A stretch of 32,000 bases of DNA from Aliivibrio fischeri ES114 (lineage in GTDB: Bacteria; Pseudomonadota; Gammaproteobacteria; Enterobacterales; Vibrionaceae). Shown in pieces: positions 21,318-31,720 of the stretch. The position numbers and the translations under genes were made by a program. How positions within the stretch are numbered: position 1 is the stretch's first letter; each line of letters opens with the position of its first letter. Where the stretch lies: NCBI RefSeq assembly GCF_000011805.1, contig NC_006840.2. One strand, written 5' to 3'. The notes beneath the pieces were generated by a model, which saw nothing but the letters and a program-made list of their open reading frames with translations, did not search any database and had not been told where the DNA came from.

Positions 21318-22805
21318 TTACTTTTTGGTCTCAATCGCTTGGCTAACACTGGCTTCCGCTGATGACAGAGGAACATCTATAACTTGTAGATCTTCAACTG
21401 TCAGTTCTTCTTGTTTTAACTTGTTCGCTTGTTCTTGTTCGTAACCAATAATACTTTGATAATAACGTCTAATATTTTCAACGTAATTTTGCGCTTCATC
21501 ACCACGAGCAAAACCATAACGTAAGTATCGGTAATAACGCTGTTGACGAAGCAGCGGTAAATTGTCTTTTACATCAGTCCATGAATCAGGATCGCCACCT
21601 AAACGTTGTGTTAGACGCCTTGCATCCATCATATGACCAAAACCGATGTTATATGAAGCCAGTGCGAACCAAATTTTTTCATGTTCGGTGATTGAATCTG
21701 GAACTCGTTTTACTATTCGACGTAAATATTCTGCACCACCACGAATACTTTGCTCGGGGTTTAAACGATTCTTCACTCCCACTGATTGGGCTGTTGGCAG
21801 AGTTAGCATCATCATACCGCGAACGCCTGTTGGTGATTTTGCAAGTGGGTTCCAATGAGACTCTTGATAAGAAAGAGCAGCAAGGAATCGCCAATCAAAG
21901 TCCCCCGCGTATTTTTTAAATAGCGGTTCCCATTTTGGCAGCTTGCTTTCTAATGCACGGATAAAGGCACGGGTATCTACATAATCAAAGGATTCTACAT
22001 GCCCAAAGTATTTTTCTTCAAGAAGAGCAAGTTTGCCGCTTTCTTTTAGTTCACCAAAAAATTCAATTAATAACGCTTGTAAACTGTCATCTTCGGTTTG
22101 TTGTAAGAACCATGCGACAGGCTGATCTTCTGTAACTTCGAAAGCAACAGCCAGATCGGGATGAATACGTTGAGTTAATGATAGCTCTACCGAATCAGCT
22201 AAAGTGTAATGTATTTCACCTGTTGCTACTTTTTTCAAAAGCTCGCTTACATCAGTATCTGCTGCGGTATTCCAATCAAGATTTGGGTATTTCTCTTTTA
22301 ATTTTATAAGCGTACCTTCAAAACTTGAATCTTTAACAATAGTAAGGTTTTCATCAAGTTGAGTTAGGTTTTTTATGTTGCGTGGTCGCCAACTCCCTTT
22401 CTTATAAACGACTTGTTGACTGACATAATAGTAGACAGGACCTGGACGAAATTTCTGTAAGCGTTCAGGGGTGATTGTCATGTTGGCTGCAATGATATCG
22501 ACTTCATTACGCTCTAATGCAGGAAATAAGCCTGAATAAGTATACGCAGGGGTGATCTCTAGCTTTACTTCTAACTTTTCAGCAAATGCTTTAGCAAGAT
22601 CATAATCTAATCCAGTAGGACCATTTGAACCAATGTAATAAGAAAGTTGGTTATTTAATGTGCTGACTCGTAAGATGCCACGTTCTCTAATTTGTTCTAG
22701 TTTGGTTTTGGGTTCAGATTCTACCTGACAACCGGTTAAGGTAATTAAAAGGGTAGAAATAACCAAACAAGATTGTATGAATCGGTGATGTCGAATGCGG
22801 CTCAA
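21318..22805 (-). CDS. mltF: Membrane-bound lytic murein transglycosylase F
   Basis: 495 aa; SBP_bac_3-like N-terminal half (LRVSTLNNQLSYYIGSNGPTGLDYDLAKAFAEKL) plus SLT domain (ALSYQESHWNPLAKSPTGVRGMMMLT); next to purL. Confidence 0.96.
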   Translation of the reverse strand: MSRIRHHRFIQSCLVISTLLITLTGCQVESEPKTKLEQIRERGILRVSTLNNQLSYYIGSNGPTGLDYDLAKAFAEKLEVKLEITPAYTYSGLFPALERNEVDIIAANMTITPERLQKFRPGPVYYYVSQQVVYKKGSWRPRNIKNLTQLDENLTIVKDSSFEGTLIKLKEKYPNLDWNTAADTDVSELLKKVATGEIHYTLADSVELSLTQRIHPDLAVAFEVTEDQPVAWFLQQTEDDSLQALLIEFFGELKESGKLALLEEKYFGHVESFDYVDTRAFIRALESKLPKWEPLFKKYAGDFDWRFLAALSYQESHWNPLAKSPTGVRGMMMLTLPTAQSVGVKNRLNPEQSIRGGAEYLRRIVKRVPDSITEHEKIWFALASYNIGFGHMMDARRLTQRLGGDPDSWTDVKDNLPLLRQQRYYRYLRYGFARGDEAQNYVENIRRYYQSIIGYEQEQANKLKQEELTVEDLQVIDVPLSSAEASVSQAIETKK

Positions 22806-22986
22806 GTCAGGATGCTCTTTTTAAAATTTAAGGCGTAGTTATATCAAATGGTAAATAAAGAGGCAAAAGTGCGGTAACAAATTACAACAATAATTAGATA
22901 TTGAGACAGATAAAGTGCATTGTGTGGTTAATTATTGTCCTATTTTAAGGAAATTACGGTTCGTTACCCTTTTTTTTAAAAAAAAT

Positions 22987-23002
22987 ACGCAAACGGTTGC
23001 TT
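22987..23002. promoter_or_regulatory. Candidate PurR box upstream of purL
   Basis: ACGCAAACGGTTGCTT, close to ACGCAAACGTTTGCGT, about 30 bp upstream of TATAAT at 23032-23037. Confidence 0.75.
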
Positions 23003-23031
23003 TTGGTGTTACTTCACAAAAAAAAATCCTT

Positions 23032-23037
23032 TATAAT
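23032..23037 (+). promoter_or_regulatory. Candidate -10 box of purL promoter
   Basis: TATAAT downstream of the candidate PurR box; -35 not well matched. Confidence 0.55.
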
Positions 23038-23168
23038 GCGCTCGCAATAGCAGAGGTAACATCGGCATAGTCACTATGAGCCATGAGTATTTAATTGAGT
23101 TATATACATCTAATCTCATGAAACTATTCCAATATTACCTTTAATTCATTGCCAAAGAGACCTAGTAC

Positions 23169-26100
23169 ATGAGAATTTTGCGTGGTTCACCTGCTCTATC
23201 TGAATTTCGTGTTAACAAGCTGCTTGAGCTTTGTCGCGAGCTGAGTTTACCTGTTACTGGTATTTATGCTGAGTTTGCACATTTTGCTGATGTAACAGCA
23301 GAGCTTGATGCGTCTGAAGTACAGAAATTAGAAAAATTACTAACTTACGGTCCAACCATTGAAGAACATGAGCCAGAAGGTTTATTGCTTCTTACCACTC
23401 CTCGTCCAGGAACGATCTCTCCTTGGTCTTCAAAATCTACTGATATAGCTCATAACTGTGGTTTAGATAAAATTGCACGTTTAGAGCGTGGAACGGCATT
23501 TTATATTGAAAGATCTGAAGAGTTATCAGAACTTCAATTGATTGAATTAAAAGCAATTCTTCATGACCGCATGATGGAAGTGGTTTTCACTGACTTCGAA
23601 TCAGCATCAGCGTTATTTGCTGTATCTGAACCAGCACCGTATACAGAAGTCGATCTACTGACTGGTGGCCGTAAAGCGCTTGAAGACGCAAACGTTACCC
23701 TTGGTCTTGCTTTGGCGGAAGATGAGATTGATTACCTGCTTGAAAGTTTTACTGAAAAACTTGAGCGTAATCCGACTGACATCGAGCTAATGATGTTTGC
23801 ACAAGCGAACTCAGAGCACTGTCGCCATAAGATCTTCAACGCTGATTGGACTATCGACGGCGTTAAGCAAGAAAAATCATTGTTCAAGATGATTAAGAAT
23901 ACGTTTGAAGTTACTCCTGATAACGTACTTTCTGCATACAAAGATAACGCAGCTGTTATGACGGGCTCTGAAGTAGGTCGCTTCTTCCCAGATCCTGAAA
24001 CTCGCCAGTACAACTACCACCAAGAGAAAACACACATCTTGATGAAAGTTGAAACGCACAACCACCCAACAGCCATTTCTCCATGGCCGGGCGCATCAAC
24101 AGGTTCAGGCGGTGAAATCCGTGATGAAGGCGCAACAGGTATCGGTGGTAAGCCAAAAGCTGGTCTTGTAGCGTTCTCTGTATCTAACCTTAAGATCCCG
24201 AACTTTGTTCAACCTTGGGAAACTGACTTTGGTAAGCCAAGCCGTATCGTTACTGCATTGGATATCATGCTTGAAGGTCCTCTTGGCGGCGCGGCATTCA
24301 ACAACGAATTTGGCCGTCCAAACCTACTAGGCTACTTCCGTACTTACGAAGAGAAAGTAAACTCTCACGCAGGTGAAGAAGTACGTGGTTACCACAAGCC
24401 AATCATGCTGGCTGGTGGCCTTGGTAACATCCGTGACGAGCACGTTCAGAAGAAAGAGATCCCAGTAGGTGCAAGCCTAATCGTTCTTGGTGGTCCTGCG
24501 ATGAACATCGGCCTTGGTGGTGGTGCGGCATCTTCAATGGACTCAGGTTCTTCTTCTGAAGATCTAGACTTCGCTTCGGTACAACGTGAAAACCCAGAAA
24601 TGGAGCGTCGTTGTCAGGAAGTTATCGACCGTTGTTGGCAGCTAGGTGATGCGAACCCAATCGCATTCATCCACGATGTGGGCGCGGGCGGTATCTCAAA
24701 TGCACTTCCTGAGCTAGTTGACGATGGCGAGCGTGGCGGTATCTTCAACCTACGTGACGTGCCAAACGATGAGCCGGGCATGAGCCCACTTGAGATCTGG
24801 TGTAACGAATCTCAAGAGCGTTACGTAATGGCGGTCGCTGACAAAGACATGGCAACGTTCGATGCTATTTGTAAGCGTGAACGCGCACCTTACGCCGTGG
24901 TTGGTAAAGCTACTGAAGAGCGAGAACTTAAACTTGAAGATTCACACTTCGACAATACGCCAATCGACATGCCAATGGACATCCTATTAGGTAAAACACC
25001 TAAGATGCACCGTGACGCAAAAACGCTAAAAGCGAACAACCCAGCGATTGACCGTTCTGGTATCGAAATGAACGAAGCGGTTGACCGTGTTCTTCGTCTA
25101 CCAACAGTCGCTGAGAAAACATTCCTCATCACTATCGGTGATCGCTCGGTAACTGGTCTTGTTGCTCGTGACCAAATGGTTGGCCCATGGCAGGTTCCTG
25201 TTGCTAACTGTGCTGTAACAGCAGCAAGTTACGACTCTTACCACGGTGAAGCGATGTCTCTTGGTGAGCGTACGCCAGTAGCACTACTAGACTTCGGCGC
25301 ATCGGCTCGTCTAGCGGTTGGTGAAGCAATCACTAACATCGCAGCGACCAACATCGGCGATATCAAACACATTAAATTGTCAGCTAACTGGATGTCTCCA
25401 GCAGGTCACCCAGGTGAAGATGCAGGTCTTTACGAAGCAGTGAAAGCAGTTGGTGAAGAGCTATGTCCAGCACTGGGTCTAACTATCCCAGTGGGTAAAG
25501 ACTCAATGTCGATGAAGACTAAGTGGGAAGAGAACGGCGAGCAGAAAGAAGTCACGTCTCCGTTATCTCTTGTTATCACTGCATTTGCTCGTGTTGAAGA
25601 TGTTCGTAAGACGATTACGCCTCAACTTCGCACCCCTGATAACCTTGAAGGACTAGGCGACACTTCACTAGTTCTTATCGACCTAGGTAACGGCAAAAAT
25701 CGTCTAGGTGCAACGGCACTAGCGCAAGTTTACAAGCAGCTTGGTGATAAGCCAGCAGACGTAGACAATGCAGCACAGCTAAAAGGTTTCTACGAAGGTG
25801 TTCAAGCACTGGTTGCTAACGACCAAGTTGTGGCTTACCACGATAAAGGCGATGGCGGTCTATTCGTTACTCTTGCTGAGATGGCGTTCGCAGGTCACTG
25901 TGGTGTTAACGCAAACATTGAAGCGCTAGGCGAAGACACTCTAGCAGCACTGTTCAACGAAGAGCTAGGTGCGGTAATCCAAGTTCGCAACGATGACCTA
26001 GACGCGGTTCTTTCTACGCTTGCAGCAAACGGTCTAGAAGCGTGTTCACACGTAATCGGTTCTGTTGAAGCGTCTGATGAGCTAGTGATTAAATCTGGTG

Positions 26101-27080
26101 AGTCTGTAGTGATTGAACGTAACCGTACTGAACTTCGTACTATCTGGGCTGAGACGACGCATAAGATGCAAGGTCTACGTGATAACCCAGCATGTGCTGA
26201 CCAAGAGCATGAAGCGAAGAAAGACAACTCAGATCCAGGTCTGAACGTGAAACTAAGCTTTGACGTAAACGAAGATATCGCTGCACCGTTTATCAACACA
26301 GGTGCTAAACCTAAGATGGCAATTTTACGTGAGCAGGGTGTTAACTCTCACGTTGAAATGGCTGCAGCATTCGACCGTGCAGGCTTCGAAGCAACTGATA
26401 TTCACATGAGCGACATCCTAACGGGTCAAGCAGTTTTAGAAGAGTACAACGGCCTTGTGGCATGTGGTGGCTTCTCTTACGGTGACGTATTAGGCGCTGG
26501 TGAAGGTTGGGCTAAGTCAGTTCTGTTTAACGACTCTACTCGTGACCAGTTTGAAAACTTCTTCAAGCGTGAAGATACCTTCTCTCTAGGTGTGTGTAAC
26601 GGTTGTCAAATGCTGTCTAACTTGCGTGATCTAATCCCAGGTGCTGAGTACTGGCCACGTTTCGTTCGCAACGAATCTGAGCGCTTTGAAGCACGTTTCA
26701 GCCTAGTAGAAGTTCAGAAGTCTGATTCTGTATTCTTCAACGGCATGGAAGGTTCTCGTATGCCTATCGCGGTTTCTCACGGTGAAGGCCGCGTAGAAGT
26801 GCGTGACAATGACCACCTAAACGCGATTGAAAATTCAGGTACGGTTGCTCTACGTTACGTTGATAACCACGGTAACCCAACGCAGCAATACCCGAATAAC
26901 CCGAACGGTTCGCCAAACGCTATCACAGGTTTAACAACGACGGATGGTCGCGTGACTATCATGATGCCTCACCCAGAGCGTGTATTCCGCACGGTTGCAA
27001 ACTCTTGGTCTCCAGAAGGTTGGGGCGAGAACGGTGCTTGGATGCGTATGTTCCAAAATGCACGTAAGAACATTGGCTGA
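23169..27080 (+). CDS. purL: Phosphoribosylformylglycinamidine synthase
   Basis: 1303 aa; [53 protein letters not shown]-terminal GATase GVCNGCQ and PHPERVFR. Confidence 0.98.
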   Translation: MRILRGSPALSEFRVNKLLELCRELSLPVTGIYAEFAHFADVTAELDASEVQKLEKLLTYGPTIEEHEPEGLLLLTTPRPGTISPWSSKSTDIAHNCGLDKIARLERGTAFYIERSEELSELQLIELKAILHDRMMEVVFTDFESASALFAVSEPAPYTEVDLLTGGRKALEDANVTLGLALAEDEIDYLLESFTEKLERNPTDIELMMFAQANSEHCRHKIFNADWTIDGVKQEKSLFKMIKNTFEVTPDNVLSAYKDNAAVMTGSEVGRFFPDPETRQYNYHQEKTHILMKVETHNHPTAISPWPGASTGSGGEIRDEGATGIGGKPKAGLVAFSVSNLKIPNFVQPWETDFGKPSRIVTALDIMLEGPLGGAAFNNEFGRPNLLGYFRTYEEKVNSHAGEEVRGYHKPIMLAGGLGNIRDEHVQKKEIPVGASLIVLGGPAMNIGLGGGAASSMDSGSSSEDLDFASVQRENPEMERRCQEVIDRCWQLGDANPIAFIHDVGAGGISNALPELVDDGERGGIFNLRDVPNDEPGMSPLEIWCNESQERYVMAVADKDMATFDAICKRERAPYAVVGKATEERELKLEDSHFDNTPIDMPMDILLGKTPKMHRDAKTLKANNPAIDRSGIEMNEAVDRVLRLPTVAEKTFLITIGDRSVTGLVARDQMVGPWQVPVANCAVTAASYDSYHGEAMSLGERTPVALLDFGASARLAVGEAITNIAATNIGDIKHIKLSANWMSPAGHPGEDAGLYEAVKAVGEELCPALGLTIPVGKDSMSMKTKWEENGEQKEVTSPLSLVITAFARVEDVRKTITPQLRTPDNLEGLGDTSLVLIDLGNGKNRLGATALAQVYKQLGDKPADVDNAAQLKGFYEGVQALVANDQVVAYHDKGDGGLFVTLAEMAFAGHCGVNANIEALGEDTLAALFNEELGAVIQVRNDDLDAVLSTLAANGLEACSHVIGSVEASDELVIKSGESVVIERNRTELRTIWAETTHKMQGLRDNPACADQEHEAKKDNSDPGLNVKLSFDVNEDIAAPFINTGAKPKMAILREQGVNSHVEMAAAFDRAGFEATDIHMSDILTGQAVLEEYNGLVACGGFSYGDVLGAGEGWAKSVLFNDSTRDQFENFFKREDTFSLGVCNGCQMLSNLRDLIPGAEYWPRFVRNESERFEARFSLVEVQKSDSVFFNGMEGSRMPIAVSHGEGRVEVRDNDHLNAIENSGTVALRYVDNHGNPTQQYPNNPNGSPNAITGLTTTDGRVTIMMPHPERVFRTVANSWSPEGWGENGAWMRMFQNARKNIG

Positions 27081-27246
27081 TTTAACGCATTATTAAGGTG
27101 CATTTATAAAATGTACTCTTGATGTTTAATTTAATAATCAGTTGGTTATCACGAATGTGTAAAAATGTGATAATAATCTTAATATTGAATTGAGACTCTG
27201 TTCTATAATAAATAAAAGGGTTGGGTAAAGACGGCTCTTTTCAAAT

Positions 27247-27282
27247 AAAACCGTTGAAGTTTAGGCTTCAGCGGTTTTTTTG
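27247..27282 (+). terminator. Terminator downstream of purL
   Basis: AAAACCGTTGAAG-TTTAGG-CTTCAGCGGTTTT (one mismatch) followed by Ts. Confidence 0.8.
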
Positions 27283-27320
27283 TTAGAATGCTTTTTTAAT
27301 TTTATCTGTTGGAATAAGCA

Positions 27321-27830
27321 ATGAAAAAAACGCATGTGACTATCGGGTTAAGTAACCCCAAAAGTCCGACAAATGTTGGTGCAGTAATGCGTGCTGCTGG
27401 TTGTTATCAAGTTGATGATGTTCGCTATACTGGTGAGCGATATGATCGTGCTGCTAAATTTCAAACGGATACGAAAAAAGTTGCCAGCAAAATCCCATTA
27501 ACAAGCGTAAATTGCTTATTAGACGATCTACCAGAAGACATGAAAGTCGTTTGTGTTGAATTAGCTGAAGGAGCAGTATCTCTTCCTCAATTTCAACATC
27601 CAGATAAAGCAATTTATGTCTTTGGTCCTGAAGATGGTTCGATAACTCAACAGGTAGCTGATCGTGCTGATCATGTTGTTTATGTTCCTACAGTAGGGTG
27701 CATGAACCTAGCTGCGACAGTGAATGTTCTTTTATATGATCGCTTGGCAAAATCGGAAGATATTGTACAAGGTGATGAGCTAATTCGAAGCAGTCGTGAT
27801 AACCGCAACCATCTCGTTGTAAAAAAGTAA
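27321..27830 (+). CDS. SpoU/TrmH-family RNA methyltransferase
   Basis: NPKSPTNVGAVMRAAGC (motif 1), YVFGPEDGS (motif 2), VPTVGCMNLAATVNVLLYD (motif 3). Confidence 0.88.
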   Translation: MKKTHVTIGLSNPKSPTNVGAVMRAAGCYQVDDVRYTGERYDRAAKFQTDTKKVASKIPLTSVNCLLDDLPEDMKVVCVELAEGAVSLPQFQHPDKAIYVFGPEDGSITQQVADRADHVVYVPTVGCMNLAATVNVLLYDRLAKSEDIVQGDELIRSSRDNRNHLVVKK

Positions 27831-27998
27831 TGATGGAAACAGAATGAAAGCTTGCTTGAGTTCACATCTTTTTGGTGCATTTTTGGCTAGATGTGTTCTA
27901 ATAGCGGGCATTAAAGGGAATGCTGTGATTATGCAGCAGTTATAGATGGAATTTTTTCAATGATCTATCCCTTAACTATCGAATTCTAGGAAATAAAA

Positions 27999-28319
27999 AT
28001 GGCAAAATTTGATTACCGTATTGTAGAAAAACGTAACGCTTGGGCTGCTGAAATTACACGCCAAGTAACTTCTCGCAGAACGGTTGTATCTAAACGTCAA
28101 CTTGGTTTTGAAACTGAAGCTGAAGCTGTTGAATGGGCTGAAAAAGAGCTTGTTGAATTTGCTAAAAACCAAGCTGTACGTAACGAGCGTAAATCAGAGC
28201 AACGTTTTGAGCGTGAAGAAATGATCGCACGTAAGAAAGAAAAAGCGGCAGCTCAAAAAGCAGCATACGAAGCAGCTCGTGATGAAGAAGAAGACGAGTA
28301 CGACTTCGACGAAGAGTAA
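27999..28319 (+). CDS. Small highly charged protein of unknown function (possibly the Vibrio DUF3622 type; recalled, not searched)
   Basis: 106 aa, MAKFDYRIVEKRNAWAAEITRQVTSRRTVVSKRQLGFETEAEAVEWAEKELVEF with Lys/Arg-rich then acidic tail; followed by a strong terminator. Confidence 0.75.
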   Translation: MAKFDYRIVEKRNAWAAEITRQVTSRRTVVSKRQLGFETEAEAVEWAEKELVEFAKNQAVRNERKSEQRFEREEMIARKKEKAAAQKAAYEAARDEEEDEYDFDEE

Positions 28320-28340
28320 TCTTCACAATAGAATGAAATA

Positions 28341-28369
28341 AAAAAGGCGCTAATTAAAGCGCCTTTTTT
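28341..28369. terminator. Terminator between the 106-aa protein and the chitinase
   Basis: AAAAAGGCGC ... GCGCCTTTTTT stem-loop. Confidence 0.85.
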
Positions 28370-28380
28370 GTGTCTACTAT

Positions 28381-30921
28381 TTATTGATTATTCATTTGAT
28401 TTAATTTATCACCAACGGGTTTGGAAAAATTAAATCCATCATGTAAATCCCAATTGATTGACCATGTCATTACTCCACCAAAGTTTGAGTAGAGTTTACT
28501 TGGAACCACTGAACTGCATGCGGTGCCATAAGTAACACAGTCTAGTGCATCGACAATGTTTTGAATTGGAGCTTGACCTGAGTTTGCAGAGCTTGGGCCT
28601 GATGGTAATCCAATCGCAACTTGATCATCCCTTAATGGAGCGAAGAAGGTACCATCTGCTAATTCAAAACCCTCAACTAGCATTTTTACTGACGCTACCA
28701 TCATGTCGACAGAACCTTCAGGTGCTGAACCAGGCATGTATGGATTTGGTAGCCCGCCATTGTTATAAAGTTGAACGTGTAATAAATCTAATGTATCTCG
28801 AACTTGATTAATCACCGGTATATAGGCACCCCAAATACCACTGTAAGCGATCATTCCACCTTGCACATAAGGATGTTCTGGCGCCATGGTTAAATACATA
28901 TCGCCACCCATATTAGCCTCTATTTGTTTAAGTGCTGTAGGTAATCGAGCTTGTATTTGAGTACCATGAAGTAGATTTGACCCACTTTCTAAATCAATAT
29001 CGAGTCCATCAAATCCCCATTCATCAATGATAGCCGTTAGACTATTTACAAAGTTAACCTCATCATTATCAGTATTTAATGTAATGGTTCCTTCTGCACC
29101 GCCAAGTGAAAGAACAAATACTTTGCCTTTTGCTTGTAGTGCTGCCATATCCTGTTTAAATTGAGTTGGATCTAATGCTGGACAACTGCTATGAATATCT
29201 CCTGAGTACAGATTAAAATGCACGGTACCATTACTGTTTCTGTCATTGTCAGCAAAAGCGATATCAATAATATCCCATTCATCTGACATATCAGCTAAGC
29301 GAATTGGACATCCTGAACCATTTACAAAATTGTGCCAATAACCGATAAGTTTATGTTTCGCTAGTGTTTGTTCTACAACAGAGACACTTGAAGCAGTAGA
29401 TAATGCTGTATTACCTTGCGCATCTGTAGCTTCGACCGATAAGGTGTAAGCTCCAATTGCTGCTGGTGTCCAATTGACACTATACGGTGATGTTGTATCT
29501 GAGGCGATAATAACGCCATTAACTAAGAAGTCTACTTTGGTGATAGAACTGCTTAGAGATGTTGCTGTCGCTTTGAGTTGAGTTATTTTACCCAGAACTA
29601 AACTCGAACCTGTTATTGGGGAGGTGAGTGCTGTAACCACATTTTGATCACTAACCGTAACCAAAATACTATTTTCACTGTTATTACCTTCATTATCTGT
29701 TGCTACTGCTTTTAATGTATTACTTCCAATTACTGTAGCATCCCAATTAACGGTATATGGTGCTTGTGTATCAGATCCAAGAGTGACATTGTTTGCAAAG
29801 AACTCAACACCAATAACACTTCCATCACTATCACTTGCACTCGCATTCACTTCGACGATAGAACCAGCAAGAATTACACTATTATCATTTGGTGAGGTAA
29901 TCGTTACTTGTGGCGGTGTACTGCAAACGCCTAATCCTGTCCATGCATCTTGCCAATTAGATCCCGTTCCAGGAGCGTAAGCCCAGTCTGATGATGATGA
30001 GCACCAACCACCAATATCACAACGATATTTTTGATTTAAGTTTTGAACTTCATCACCAGCCGCATAGTTTGTTCCAGACTTGTATTGAGGGAGGCCTGCA
30101 CACCCACCACTGGATGGTTCAGATACCTCAAGTGTAACGCCTTTACTTATGGTTGTCTGATTATCATTATCTGTCGCCTTTGCTTTAAATTGGTGAGGAC
30201 CGCTTGTCGCTAACCATGAATACTCAAAAGGTGCTTCGGTATCAGTAAAAGCAAGTTGATTATCAATGTAGAACTCGACATTATTAATTACGCCATCACT
30301 GTCATTTGCATTGGCTGAAACGACTAATGTGTCGCCTGTTGTTAGTTTTTCATTTCCTATTGGAGAGGTAAGTTCAATTGTTGGAGGGACAAGTTCACCT
30401 GCTGATTGAACCTTTATAGAAACAGATTCTGTGGTGGTGGCACCTTCATCGTCTGTGGCAATAACAATAATTGATGTGGTGTTTTTAATAGCAATCCAAG
30501 GTGTGTTATAAGGAGGGCTGGTAACAATGGCAATAGATTGATTGTTTGATAAGAATTCTACTTGAGTAATGGAACCGTCTTTATCATCAGCACTCGCTTG
30601 AAGTGTTATCAGGCTAGCTTCAGGGATTATGGCATTATTTATTGGGGATATGATTGTCACTGTTGGTGCGATATTCTCACCTCCTGTACTACATTTACCA
30701 AGATTCTTCCATTCTTGCCATTCACCGGAATGTGTTTCTGGATCGTTTCCTTGTGACCACCATTGGGCTTGGTAAGCAATATTGTTTTGTTGAACAGTAT
30801 CCCCCCCACTATAAGCTTGAGTACTTTGCCAAATTGGCGTCGAGCTACAATCAAATGCATTTGCTCCATATGAGATAAAGAGAGCAGAAGCAATAGCACT
30901 CTTAATGAATATCCCTTTCAT
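28381..30921 (-). CDS. Secreted multi-domain GH18 chitinase with two chitin-binding (CBM5/12-like) modules and Ig-like repeats
   Basis: GH18 catalytic motif DGLDIDLE; CBM-like segments AYSGGDTVQQNNIAYQAQWWSQGNDPETHSGEWQEWKNLGKC and YAAGDEVQNLNQKYRCDIGGWC...WQDAWTGLGVC; repeated Ig-like units (SITQVEFLSNNQ, VINNVEFYIDNQ, SVIGVEFFANN, SITKVDFLVNG). Confidence 0.93.
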   Translation of the reverse strand: MKGIFIKSAIASALFISYGANAFDCSSTPIWQSTQAYSGGDTVQQNNIAYQAQWWSQGNDPETHSGEWQEWKNLGKCSTGGENIAPTVTIISPINNAIIPEASLITLQASADDKDGSITQVEFLSNNQSIAIVTSPPYNTPWIAIKNTTSIIVIATDDEGATTTESVSIKVQSAGELVPPTIELTSPIGNEKLTTGDTLVVSANANDSDGVINNVEFYIDNQLAFTDTEAPFEYSWLATSGPHQFKAKATDNDNQTTISKGVTLEVSEPSSGGCAGLPQYKSGTNYAAGDEVQNLNQKYRCDIGGWCSSSSDWAYAPGTGSNWQDAWTGLGVCSTPPQVTITSPNDNSVILAGSIVEVNASASDSDGSVIGVEFFANNVTLGSDTQAPYTVNWDATVIGSNTLKAVATDNEGNNSENSILVTVSDQNVVTALTSPITGSSLVLGKITQLKATATSLSSSITKVDFLVNGVIIASDTTSPYSVNWTPAAIGAYTLSVEATDAQGNTALSTASSVSVVEQTLAKHKLIGYWHNFVNGSGCPIRLADMSDEWDIIDIAFADNDRNSNGTVHFNLYSGDIHSSCPALDPTQFKQDMAALQAKGKVFVLSLGGAEGTITLNTDNDEVNFVNSLTAIIDEWGFDGLDIDLESGSNLLHGTQIQARLPTALKQIEANMGGDMYLTMAPEHPYVQGGMIAYSGIWGAYIPVINQVRDTLDLLHVQLYNNGGLPNPYMPGSAPEGSVDMMVASVKMLVEGFELADGTFFAPLRDDQVAIGLPSGPSSANSGQAPIQNIVDALDCVTYGTACSSVVPSKLYSNFGGVMTWSINWDLHDGFNFSKPVGDKLNQMNNQ

Positions 30922-31173
30922 ATATGTATCCTTAATTATCGAATGAATGGTTTTTAGCGTTAAATCTTTAATACCAATTAAGTTCTAGTAGAAAATAAGT
31001 GTGTTTTTTTATTTTGTTTTGCTAATTAACAGGAGATCACAGAGATAATTAAAGCTCTCATAGAGTTACGGCTCTTTTTAGAAAGAGTTCACACTAAAAA
31101 ATGCGATTTGAATTTAAAGCGTTACTCTTTATTTTTGCTATCATAAGCGGCTCTATTTTATGGGCTAGATAAG

Positions 31174-31659
31174 ATGATAAATAAAGAAGCATTATTAGAT
31201 TCGATTATTGATGAGTTGCGCAAGATCCATCAACTAGCGTTGGATGCTACTCAAAGAGCGATTGACCAAGCAACAGATAAAGAAGCGATAGCTCGAAGTA
31301 AGTATGAGACGTTTGGTTTAGAAGCTTCTTATTTGGCACATGGACAAGCGGTTAGGGTTTCTGAATGTGAGGCTGATATCTTAGCTTATCGAAAATTACC
31401 AAGGTTGGTTTATACAGAAAACAGCAGCATTAACCAAGGTGCTTTGGTTACGCTAGTGAATCAAGATGATGTTGAAAGTACTTTTTTTATTGGTCCATCG
31501 GCAGGTGGAGTGAAAGTGGCTCATCAAGACTTAGTGTTTTCATTGATTACGCCATCTGCACCATTAGGAAAAGCAATGATAGGGCAGCAGGTTGGGGATG
31601 AATTTGAATTGAACTTAGCTGGGAAAAAACAGCAATACGAAATTATTGATGTTCAGTGA
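31174..31659 (+). CDS. GreA/GreB-domain protein
   Basis: 161 aa; C-terminal TFFIGPSAGGVKVAHQDLVFSLITPSAPLGKAMIGQQVGDEFEL resembles the GreA/GreB C-terminal domain. Confidence 0.72.
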   Translation: MINKEALLDSIIDELRKIHQLALDATQRAIDQATDKEAIARSKYETFGLEASYLAHGQAVRVSECEADILAYRKLPRLVYTENSSINQGALVTLVNQDDVESTFFIGPSAGGVKVAHQDLVFSLITPSAPLGKAMIGQQVGDEFELNLAGKKQQYEIIDVQ

Positions 31660-31673
31660 TTTTTTGGATCAAA

Positions 31674-31697
31674 AAAAGAGAGGCGAACCTCTCTTTT
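31674..31697. terminator. Terminator-like hairpin between convergent genes
   Basis: AAAAGAGAGG-CGAA-CCTCTCTTTT, perfect 10-bp arms with a tetraloop. Confidence 0.8.
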
Positions 31698-31720
31698 AAA
31701 ATTTCATTTAGGCGGTGTAA

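Noticed and set aside
23732-26299. Antisense ORFs inside purL (23732..24013, 23877..24065, 23956..24156, 24890..25132, 25895..26299)
   Set aside because: Typical shadow ORFs of a long, codon-biased gene; composition of the translations is not protein-like.
28545-30899. Opposite- or alternate-frame ORFs within the chitinase (28545..28811, 29783..29980, 30562..30756, 30654..30878, 30657..30899)
   Set aside because: Overlap the chitinase, which is well supported by domains; no independent support.
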